Shown piece by piece: positions 9,456 to 17,125 of a stretch of DNA of 64,000 nucleotides. Below the pieces are notes generated by a model. That model was not told the DNA's origin. It worked only from the letters and a program-made list of their open reading frames with translations, and ran no database searches. Each line of letters starts with the position of its first letter. The first letter of the stretch is position 1. Where the stretch lies: positions 135,752 through 199,751 of the forward strand of contig JBGCET010000002.1 in NCBI GenBank assembly GCA_045106555.1. The letters are read 5' to 3'. The stretch comes from Lysobacterales bacterium. GTDB taxonomy: Bacteria; Pseudomonadota; Gammaproteobacteria; Xanthomonadales; SZUA-38. Made by a program: the position numbers and the translations under genes.

Positions 9456-10745
9456 ATGATTCGTACAATGAAACACGGGATCAGTGATGACATCGCTGCA
9501 GATATGGACGCGAAGGTTCGTTCAACCGTTGAGGGCATCCTGGCCGACATCGGCAAGCGCGGCGATGTGGCCGTGGCGGAGCTTGCCCAACGTTTCGACA
9601 ACTATAGCGCAGCGTCCTTTCGTCTTAGCACCGAGGAGATTGACGCTTGCATTTCCCGCTTGCCGGAACAGACTCTGGAAGACATCCGTTTTGCCCAGGC
9701 CCAGGTGCGAAATTTTGCGCAGATTCAGCGCGATTCGATTCACGATGTCGAGCGCGAGACGTTCCCGGGCGTTGTTTTGGGTCACAAAAATATCCCCGTA
9801 TCCAGCGTTGGCTGCTATGTGCCGGGGGGACGTTACCCAATGGTTGCGTCGGCTCATATGAGTGTGGTTACCGCAAAGGTGGCTGGTGTGAAGCGCATCA
9901 TCGCCTGCGCGCCGCCTACTGACGGCAAGCCCCATGACGCGATTGTGGCTGCAATGCACTTGGCAGGGGCCGATGAAATCTACTGTTTGGGAGGTGTTCA
10001 GGCCGTGGGCGCTATGGCATTGGGTACCGATAGCATTGCGCCGGTAGACATTCTGGTCGGTCCAGGCAATGCCTACGTCGCAGAAGCCAAACGCCAGCTT
10101 TTTGGTCGAGTAGGAATCGATCTGTTTGCAGGGCCAACCGAAACCTTGGTGATTGCCGATGACAGCTGTGACGCTGAAATGGTAGCCACGGACCTGCTGG
10201 GGCAGGCTGAGCATGGCCCAAACTCACCCGCCATCCTGCTGACCGATTCCGACGTACTGGGACAACAAACCCAGGAAGAGATTGCTCGCCAGCTGACGAT
10301 ATTGCCCACCGCTGAGGTAGCGGGAAAAGCCTGGGAGGATTATGGTCAGATCATCGTCTGTGATACCCCGGAGGAGATGTTGTCGGAAGCCGACCGAATT
10401 GCGTCAGAGCACGTTCAGGTTATGACACGGAACGACGACTATTTTCTCGACAATATGCAAAATTACGGTGCGCTATTCCTCGGTCAGGAAACCAACGTGT
10501 CCTATGGCGATAAGGTTATTGGCACCAACCACACGCTACCTACCAAGCTCGCGGCTCGGTACACCGGTGGCCTTTGGGTGGGTAAGTTTATTAAAACCTG
10601 CACCTACCAACGGGTGACGCCAGAAGCCAGCGCAACGATCGGCGAATATTGCTCTCGTTTGTGTGAGTTAGAGGGGTTTGCAGGCCACAAGGCCCAGGCC
10701 GACCTGAGGGTCAGTCGTTATGGGCACCTGAAAGGGCAGGCGTGA
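9456..10745 (+). CDS. Histidinol dehydrogenase-family protein (HisD paralogue outside a his operon)
   Basis: [17 protein letters not shown] and GTNHTLPT match HisD catalytic motifs. The N-terminus aligns with E. coli HisD from about MIRTMKH. The ORF is open from 9393, so the start is uncertain (9393, 9456 or 9468). Confidence 0.85.
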   Translation: MIRTMKHGISDDIAADMDAKVRSTVEGILADIGKRGDVAVAELAQRFDNYSAASFRLSTEEIDACISRLPEQTLEDIRFAQAQVRNFAQIQRDSIHDVERETFPGVVLGHKNIPVSSVGCYVPGGRYPMVASAHMSVVTAKVAGVKRIIACAPPTDGKPHDAIVAAMHLAGADEIYCLGGVQAVGAMALGTDSIAPVDILVGPGNAYVAEAKRQLFGRVGIDLFAGPTETLVIADDSCDAEMVATDLLGQAEHGPNSPAILLTDSDVLGQQTQEEIARQLTILPTAEVAGKAWEDYGQIIVCDTPEEMLSEADRIASEHVQVMTRNDDYFLDNMQNYGALFLGQETNVSYGDKVIGTNHTLPTKLAARYTGGLWVGKFIKTCTYQRVTPEASATIGEYCSRLCELEGFAGHKAQADLRVSRYGHLKGQA

Positions 10746-10789
10746 CAGGTTAGCGGACTTGCTCAACGCGAGCCAAAAATCAGATTAGC

Positions 10790-11389
10790 TCAGGCGTCCG
10801 CTGAGCCAATGACTTTCAGGAAAAATGGTTGGCACTTTTCCAGATTCGCGCTGAGCTGTTCCTGGGAGGTTTGAATGGCCCGCGAAAACGACTCCATGGA
10901 TTCTGAAGTCAAATGGGTTTTCAGCGCCTCGTCAGTGCCGCCGTCATCGATATATTGAGCGCGTAAGTAGCCTGATATGATAAATACGGAAAACTCCGCA
11001 GCGACCATGAATAGCTTTTCCTCCTCGTCCTCAACCAGCTCAGGGTGCAGGGATACTCCACATACACCGTAATTGGCGATGGCCTGAACTATAGGGTGTG
11101 GCATCTCAGGCGTGGACAGAGTTGCTGCCACTGGCATCTCGCTAATAATATTCTCCAGCCCCCAGTTATCGATGCGGGTCGCCATTCCTGTGACGGCATG
11201 CAGCGCGCCCGCCAGCTTGTCGGTGTCTGAGCCGTCGACGCCAACCTCAAGCTGATCCATCCTGGCCAGCATTCCCCGTGCGGCGTTCAGTTTTGCCTCA
11301 TCGGGCATCCATGGGAGTTGCGCTTTTGCGACGCCCGAGATCAGAAGGGCGGCGGCAATGAGCAAGGAAAATAGATTGTTCATGAGCAT
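10790..11389 (-). CDS. Hypothetical secreted protein
   Basis: Signal peptide MLMNNLFSLLIAAALLISGVAKA. No recognisable domain. Confidence 0.55.
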   Translation of the reverse strand: MLMNNLFSLLIAAALLISGVAKAQLPWMPDEAKLNAARGMLARMDQLEVGVDGSDTDKLAGALHAVTGMATRIDNWGLENIISEMPVAATLSTPEMPHPIVQAIANYGVCGVSLHPELVEDEEEKLFMVAAEFSVFIISGYLRAQYIDDGGTDEALKTHLTSESMESFSRAIQTSQEQLSANLEKCQPFFLKVIGSADA

Positions 11390-11684
11390 CTTCAGTTAAC
11401 ACAATTGCGTAGTGATCACCTTACTACAGCTCGCAGAGTTTGGTCCGTAGTGTCCGAAAAAGCCTGTTTTTTGCCAGCTTGTCCAATATTTATGGCAATT
11501 TTGTCTAATCGCTTTGTCAACTAACTTTAAATAAGGTTAACGAGTGCAAAGCTGAGACACTGGCTCCCCCACTTGCCTCTATAGTAGCCGCTCTTCGCTA
11601 CCCAGATCAGACAACGATCGGCAAAGCGAGCACATAAAGACGGGCCCCACCAATGAGCGGTCCGCTTAGCTACTAGGGGTTACC

Positions 11685-13406
11685 ATGAAAGGATTAGGAA
11701 AGTACGGAGCGATGGCTGTTGGCCTCGGCTTCTTCTTGGTGTTCTTGCTGGCGGTGCTGGCAACCAACATTTGGTTTGCTAACACGCTGGTCGGGGATCT
11801 GGCTGCTGCCATCTCGCTGCTGCCCGCTGCCGATCAGGAGACCAGCCTGCTGGCGCAGAAGCAATTTAAGCTGCTGCAGATTGCCGCATTAATCATGGCG
11901 GTAGTCTACTTCGCCGGCATTATTTTCGCGCTGAGTCGCGACATTCAACGCAGAGACACAGAAGTTGAAGCCGCCAAAGCGGAAACCGACAACATTCTGG
12001 GTACGGTGACTGAGGGCCTTTTCCTGCTCGATAAGGATCTGGAAATCGGCATGCAGCAATCCGGTGCGTTGCGCGATATGTTTGGTGTTAAAGACGACCT
12101 GAACGGCAACTTCTTGGACTTCATCAACCGTTACGTTCCGGAGTCCACCCTGGACATCGCGCGGGACTTCATCGAACTGCTGTTTGGCGATCGAGTGAAG
12201 CAAAAGCTGATTGGTGACCTCAACCCCTTAACCGAAGTGGAAATCAGCATCGAGCGTCGCGATGGCTCGTTTGAAAGCCGCTTCCTTAACTTCCAGTTCC
12301 AGCGCGTATTGGTAGAGAAGAAGGTGTCACAGCTGCTGACCTCGGTAACCGACGTTACCCGCGAAGTGGTGCTGGCCCGTCAGCTGGAAGAAACCAAAGA
12401 GCAATCAGAAGCCCAGCTGGACCTTCTGGTTAGCATTCTCCACCTTGATCCGGCTCAGGTTCGCCGGTTTCTGGTCAACACCGAACACAGCCTGGACACG
12501 GTTAATGGTCTTCTTAAAGAGCAGACCAGTGGCCGGTCGGGAATTACCAACAAGCTGGCAGCCATCTTTAGAGACGCCCACAAGATTAAGGGTGAGGCCG
12601 CAGCATTGGAGATGCACTCCTTTGAGATTCTGGCTCACGAGTTTGAGGACAAGGTGGAAGAACTCCGGCGCAAGTCTGATACCTCAACCAAAGATCTGTT
12701 GACCTTGACGGTTCATCTGAAGGGCCTTTATGAGCACTTGGCTTCGGTACAGGACATGGTTCAACGGTTCTCCAGTCTCAGTGGTTCACACGAGCACACT
12801 CAGTCCGACGAGAACTCCGAGCCAGCGAATCCGTTGGCGCGATTGGGCAATCAGGTTGCTGAGCGCAATGGCGTGGAAGTGCGAGTTTCTCGGGTAGGCC
12901 TTGACGATGAAGAGATTCCTGAGCCCTACCGCGAGCTGGTGAACGATGCCGCAATTCAGCTGGTACGAAACTCCGTAGCCCACGGTATTGAGGGGCCGGC
13001 TCAGCGTCTGCGCCTGGGTAAGCGGGCTGAAGGTCAGGTGGTGGTAAGCGTTAACACCAGCGACGACGGCGAGCTGGTGCTTCAGGTGCGTGACGATGGG
13101 CGCGGGCTAAACATGGAGAAAATTCGCTCAACCGCCATTGAAAAGAAAATGATTACCTTTGAGCAGGCTAATCGACTGAATCACACCCAGGTTCTCGGGC
13201 TTCTGTTCCGACCCGGATTTTCCACTGCTGAGGAAGGCGGTAGAGACGCGGGTCGGGGCGTAGGCTTGGATGTAGTGGGTGCAGGCATGCGTGAGGCCAA
13301 GGGCCGGATCAGCGTGCAGCATCGCCAGGACCAGTTTTGTCAGTTCCGTCTCATTTTCCCGGCAGTCGCAGACTCCGGTGATGTCGCTGAATCAAGGTGG
13401 GGCTGA
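11685..13406 (+). CDS. Membrane-anchored CheA-like histidine kinase (2 TM, PAS-like, Hpt, CheA-type ATPase; no dimerisation or CheW-like domain)
   Basis: Two N-terminal hydrophobic helices. Hpt motif AHKIKGEAAALEMH. CheA-type N/G boxes QLVRNSVAHGIE, RDDGRGL and GRGVGLDVV. The protein ends about 45 aa after the G2 box. GGGG Shine-Dalgarno sequence before ATG 11685. Confidence 0.8.
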   Translation: MKGLGKYGAMAVGLGFFLVFLLAVLATNIWFANTLVGDLAAAISLLPAADQETSLLAQKQFKLLQIAALIMAVVYFAGIIFALSRDIQRRDTEVEAAKAETDNILGTVTEGLFLLDKDLEIGMQQSGALRDMFGVKDDLNGNFLDFINRYVPESTLDIARDFIELLFGDRVKQKLIGDLNPLTEVEISIERRDGSFESRFLNFQFQRVLVEKKVSQLLTSVTDVTREVVLARQLEETKEQSEAQLDLLVSILHLDPAQVRRFLVNTEHSLDTVNGLLKEQTSGRSGITNKLAAIFRDAHKIKGEAAALEMHSFEILAHEFEDKVEELRRKSDTSTKDLLTLTVHLKGLYEHLASVQDMVQRFSSLSGSHEHTQSDENSEPANPLARLGNQVAERNGVEVRVSRVGLDDEEIPEPYRELVNDAAIQLVRNSVAHGIEGPAQRLRLGKRAEGQVVVSVNTSDDGELVLQVRDDGRGLNMEKIRSTAIEKKMITFEQANRLNHTQVLGLLFRPGFSTAEEGGRDAGRGVGLDVVGAGMREAKGRISVQHRQDQFCQFRLIFPAVADSGDVAESRWG

Positions 13407-13786
13407 TGACCACGATGAAAATCATGGTTGTGGATGACTCCAACGTCATCCGCAACAAAATCAAAACCTGTCTGGGTGACACGCCGTTTGAGTTTGTGGG
13501 TGCTGCCACCAATGGTTTGGAGGCGGTTGAGCAGTTCAAGCTACTGAAACCCCACATGATCACGATGGACATCACCATGCCTCATCTTGATGGCATTGAA
13601 ACCATCAAACGGATTATGGCGATTGACGATCAGGTAAGAATTTTGGTGGTGTCGGCCCTGGCTGACAAGGCCACCGCTATCGAGGCCCTGAAACAGGGTG
13701 CCCATGGATTTTTGTGCAAACCGTTCAGTGATTTAGACATGGCTGAAGCGTTAGAAGAGCTGATGGAGGACCTGATCGATGCATGA
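13406..13786 (+). CDS. Single-domain CheY-like response regulator
   Basis: KIMVVDDS, ITMDITMPHLDG, VVSA and CKPF together give a complete receiver signature. The ATG overlaps the kinase stop (TGATG). Confidence 0.9.
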   Translation: MTTMKIMVVDDSNVIRNKIKTCLGDTPFEFVGAATNGLEAVEQFKLLKPHMITMDITMPHLDGIETIKRIMAIDDQVRILVVSALADKATAIEALKQGAHGFLCKPFSDLDMAEALEELMEDLIDA

Positions 13787-14219
13787 GAATGAGCTGCAGG
13801 TATTTATTGATGGTGCGGTGAACTACTTCACTACGGTTACGGACACGGTGGCTGAAGTTGGGTCTCCTTATCTGGTAGATACGCCTAAAAAATTGGAGTT
13901 CACCGGCATCATCGGAATCTCAGGGCGCAAGAAAGGAGTGGTGTATTTCACTGCGCCGCGGCCCATGTTGATTCGCCTGTTGGCCTACATGGGTGAGCAG
14001 GAAATGAACAACGATAACCTGGCGGACATGGTGGGCGAAGTGGCCAACACTCTGTCTGGAAACGCCAGAAAAGAATTTGGCAAAGACTTCATGATCTCGG
14101 TGCCCGTAGTGGTCTCTGGCGACAGCGAGCAAATCAAGGTGCCCAACGGGGTGAAGTCGTACGCAATACCGATCAGCTGGCGCAATCACTGCGCTTTCGT
14201 GGTCATCAGCATTGAATAA
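13779..14219 (+). CDS. CheX-like CheY-P phosphatase
   Basis: 146 aa with the CheX-family pattern (FTGIIGISGRKKGVVYF...MVGEVANTLSGNA...ISVPVVVSG). Overlaps the cheY-like gene by 8 nt. Confidence 0.75.
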   Translation: MHENELQVFIDGAVNYFTTVTDTVAEVGSPYLVDTPKKLEFTGIIGISGRKKGVVYFTAPRPMLIRLLAYMGEQEMNNDNLADMVGEVANTLSGNARKEFGKDFMISVPVVVSGDSEQIKVPNGVKSYAIPISWRNHCAFVVISIE

Positions 14220-14231
14220 TCGGGGAATATC

Positions 14232-15521
14232 ATGAAAAGGAATTTAGCAATAGTCGGCGCTATCGCCGGCTTAGGGTTTGTCGGCACCGCGTCCGCCAAC
14301 GAGGTGGATGCAATCAACGTCACCAATCTCATTTGGATGGGCATCTGCTGTTCACTGGTTTTGCTCATGCAGCCGGGTTTTGCGTTGCTGGAAAGTGGAC
14401 TGTCTCGATCAAAGAACGCCGTCAACGTGATCATGAAAAACTTTGCGGACCTGTGTATCGGTTCGTTAGCGTTTTGGGCCTTTGGTTACGGCCTGATGTT
14501 TGGCGATAATCCCACCGGGTTTTTTGGCATCAGCGATTTCATGGTGCAGCCAGAAAACGGTGAGGTGGCTCTGAACGTTCTGTATCAGATGCTGTTTGCG
14601 GCAACGGCTGCCACCATTGTGAGTGGCGCGGTCGCTGAGCGGATTCGGTTTATCCCCTATGTGATCGGTGCGGCGTTCATTATCGCAGTGATTTATCCGT
14701 TGTTCGGTGCCTGGGCATGGGGTGACGGTGGCTGGCTGCAAAACCTGGGTTTTGTCGACGCTGCGGGAGCCACAGTAGTTCACTCCATCGGTGGTTGGTG
14801 TGCCCTGGGAGCGGTGCTGGCACTGGGCCCAAGACTGGGTCGGTTCAGTCGCAAAGGCAAAGCGCGGGACATTCCTGGGCACAACCTGCCGATGTTTGCT
14901 TTGGGTTCATTCCTGCTATGGGTGGGTTGGTTTGGATTTAACGGTGGTGCTGCGGTGCGGGACTTCTCTAACCTGGGAACCATCTTGCTCAACACGCACT
15001 TGTCGGCAGCAGCAGGCGTGGCATCCGCACTATTTTTCATGCATCTGCTGAAGCAGCCTATTCTTATGACCACCAGCATTAACGGCGCCTTGGGCGGCCT
15101 GGTGGCGGTCACCGCTGGTTGTGCAACGATGACGCCAGGTGCGGCGTTGCTTACTGGCCTGGTGGCTGGTGGCGTAGTTGTATTTGGCACCACCGCATTG
15201 CTCAAGCTGCGTGTGGACGATGTGGTTGGCGCAATACCGGTGCACGGCATGTGTGGTGCCTGGGGAACCTTGGCGGCCGGCATGTTTTATGCCCCGGATA
15301 TGTTCTCTGTATACACCATGGTGGCGCAGATCATTGGCCTGGTAGCGGCATTCGCTTGGGCCTTCCCGCTGTCCTATGGCGTGTTCAAGTTGATTGACGT
15401 CACCCTGGGTCTGCGTGCCAGCACGCAACACGAGCAGCGTGGGATGGACTTCTCAGAGCACTACGAGACGGGCTATGCAGACTTCATCAATGCCGGTACT
15501 ACTCACCAGGCTAAGGCGTAG
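14232..15521 (+). CDS. amt: Ammonium transporter (Amt/AmtB family)
   Basis: Signal peptide followed by the Amt signatures DAAGATVVHSIGGWCALGAVLALGPRLGRF and GAIPVHGMCGAWGTLAAGMF. Acidic C-terminal tail RGMDFSEHYETGY. Starts 12 nt after the cheX-like gene. Confidence 0.92.
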   Translation: MKRNLAIVGAIAGLGFVGTASANEVDAINVTNLIWMGICCSLVLLMQPGFALLESGLSRSKNAVNVIMKNFADLCIGSLAFWAFGYGLMFGDNPTGFFGISDFMVQPENGEVALNVLYQMLFAATAATIVSGAVAERIRFIPYVIGAAFIIAVIYPLFGAWAWGDGGWLQNLGFVDAAGATVVHSIGGWCALGAVLALGPRLGRFSRKGKARDIPGHNLPMFALGSFLLWVGWFGFNGGAAVRDFSNLGTILLNTHLSAAAGVASALFFMHLLKQPILMTTSINGALGGLVAVTAGCATMTPGAALLTGLVAGGVVVFGTTALLKLRVDDVVGAIPVHGMCGAWGTLAAGMFYAPDMFSVYTMVAQIIGLVAAFAWAFPLSYGVFKLIDVTLGLRASTQHEQRGMDFSEHYETGYADFINAGTTHQAKA

Positions 15522-15523
15522 TC

Positions 15524-16240
15524 ATGACCGCTATTACAGCTAGAGCTCAGTCAGAAGAGCGTAATCAAAGGGCGGTGTTTGCCGCCCTGGCTCGAATGAC
15601 CAAAGACCGTACGTTGCTGCTGGAATGCTGGGAGTTTTTTGCCAGCAAGTTTCGCGGAACCCCGGTATTGGCGGTGAACGATTTTGTGGTGGGACTGGCC
15701 AATCATGTTGGCTTGGACTCCAATCAGAAACGTGCGATGACGGTGGCCTTATTTGCTGCCCTCAATCGTGATGTTGCCGAATTGCCGGAACTGCCGGCAA
15801 CGCTGAGGGACATGAAAGCGGATCGGCCTTCGGATGCTGAGAGAGCCACCGCTGCGGCGGAACAGGATGGGTCGTCGGCGTTCAGCCCTTCCCAGACCGT
15901 GTTTCAGGCCTTGCTGGGCGATTTTTGCTATCGCCTGGCGCGGCAAGATCCTGACGCAGCCACAGACCTGGCGGAAATTGTCGCAGAAAGCAGCCTGCCA
16001 ACCACCTTGGATGTCATGACCTACGCCAAGTTTGGCAAGTGGGCTGATGGCGGATTCGACATTGCCGCATGCCCGATTGATGTTCCGGAAGAGCACCTTG
16101 CCGATATTGTGCATCAATTTTACGTCGGTGCCTGTGAGGCGGTAGGCCCCATGGCCGTAGACCGGCTCTTAACCCGGGCGGTAGAAAATGCCAGCAAGCT
16201 TGCCGAGGCAGACCTGTTTCCGCCTGACCGATTGCTGTAG
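15524..16240 (+). CDS. Hypothetical cytoplasmic protein with no recognised domain, coupled to amt
   Basis: ATG lies 2 nt after the amt stop. 238 aa, acidic, predicted helical. Codon usage resembles the neighbouring genes. Confidence 0.6.
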   Translation: MTAITARAQSEERNQRAVFAALARMTKDRTLLLECWEFFASKFRGTPVLAVNDFVVGLANHVGLDSNQKRAMTVALFAALNRDVAELPELPATLRDMKADRPSDAERATAAAEQDGSSAFSPSQTVFQALLGDFCYRLARQDPDAATDLAEIVAESSLPTTLDVMTYAKFGKWADGGFDIAACPIDVPEEHLADIVHQFYVGACEAVGPMAVDRLLTRAVENASKLAEADLFPPDRLL

Positions 16241-16283
16241 TTCGGCCATCGGTCTGGTGGTTCTTAACGAACTGCTTCCCGAG

Positions 16284-16309
16284 TAAGGACCGTCAGCAGT
16301 GGGTCCTTA
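16284..16309. terminator. Inverted repeat between convergent operons (TAAGGACC-N10-GGTCCTTA)
   Basis: An 8-bp stem read directly from the sequence. It overlaps the HDOD stop codon. No clear U-tract. Confidence 0.3.
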
Positions 16310-17125
16310 ATCCTGGATTCCCTGAACCATCGCTTCAACGCGTTGGCGCTGTCTCGGCGTCGGCGCTGCTGCCGTGAGATCGGCGGCGATGGTTGATGGT
16401 TCGGTACCTTCGTCCTGGACGGCGATGGCCATGCGAGCGACATCGAGGGCGCAATGCAAGCGAGAGCTTGAGTGCGGCACAGGTTCATAAGCAGCCAATG
16501 TTGCTTCCGGCAATTGCCATGCCTGAGCGACGGCATACGTTACCTGTCGATGATCCATGCCAATGGCGGCCATCAGTAGACGGCCTAAGCTTTGCGGGGT
16601 GTCAGGCTGCGAATCACGTTGGGTCAACACGGCATGGGTCTGTGCCGGCACCAGGTAAGCTAACGCCAGCAGTCCGATGTTATGGCAAAGTCCCGCTTGA
16701 TATGCCAGGGTTCGTTCGTCTTCGGTGGCCTCGGTATCGCCGTCTATCACGCGACGCGTAGCATCAGCCATGAGCAGCGCGTTAATCCAGAACCGCCCGG
16801 TGTCGAAGGACTGGCAGTGAGCGGTATCGAATACGTGGTCGGCAGCCAGGGCTAGTGCCAACGAGCGGACGTTGTCCACACCCAGCACTCGGTTAACCAC
16901 TTCGTCGACACTTCCGACCGGATTACTCAGGCCAAAATAGGCGGAGTTAGCCAGCGCAACCAGCCTCGCGGAAATTCCCGGATCTTGCCCCACCACGGCG
17001 GCCACTTCTTCGCCGGTAACAAACTCGTCGTTAAGCTCGGTCAGAATCTTTTGCGCAACTTCAGGTAATGGGGGGAGTAAGTTCAGGCTTTCTGCCAGGG
17101 TGTGGGCTTTTTGTACAGCGCTCAT
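16307..17125 (-). CDS. HDOD domain signalling protein
   Basis: HDOD pattern LPPLPEVAQKIL...DPGISARLVALANSAYFGL...VLGVDNVRSLALA. The ATG overlaps the stop of the upstream GGDEF-EAL gene. Confidence 0.85.
   Translation of the reverse strand: MSAVQKAHTLAESLNLLPPLPEVAQKILTELNDEFVTGEEVAAVVGQDPGISARLVALANSAYFGLSNPVGSVDEVVNRVLGVDNVRSLALALAADHVFDTAHCQSFDTGRFWINALLMADATRRVIDGDTEATEDERTLAYQAGLCHNIGLLALAYLVPAQTHAVLTQRDSQPDTPQSLGRLLMAAIGMDHRQVTYAVAQAWQLPEATLAAYEPVPHSSSRLHCALDVARMAIAVQDEGTEPSTIAADLTAAAPTPRQRQRVEAMVQGIQD

Noticed and set aside
11479-11521. Three direct TTGTCNAA-like repeats (TTGTCCAA, TTGTCTAA, TTGTCAAC) in the AT-rich leader of the kinase operon.
   Set aside because: The repeats are short, irregularly spaced (22 and 13 nt) and sit in an AT-rich stretch where such 5-mers recur by chance. 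There is no partner regulator to assign them to.
11561-11576. A sigma54-like element, TGGCTCCCCCACTTGC, upstream of the Amt-containing operon. It is attractive because nitrogen genes are often RpoN-dependent.
   Set aside because: The GG-to-GC spacing is 11 nt rather than the invariant 10, and the -24 hexamer is TGGCTC rather than TGGCAC. No enhancer-binding protein gene is nearby. It cannot be called from the sequence alone.
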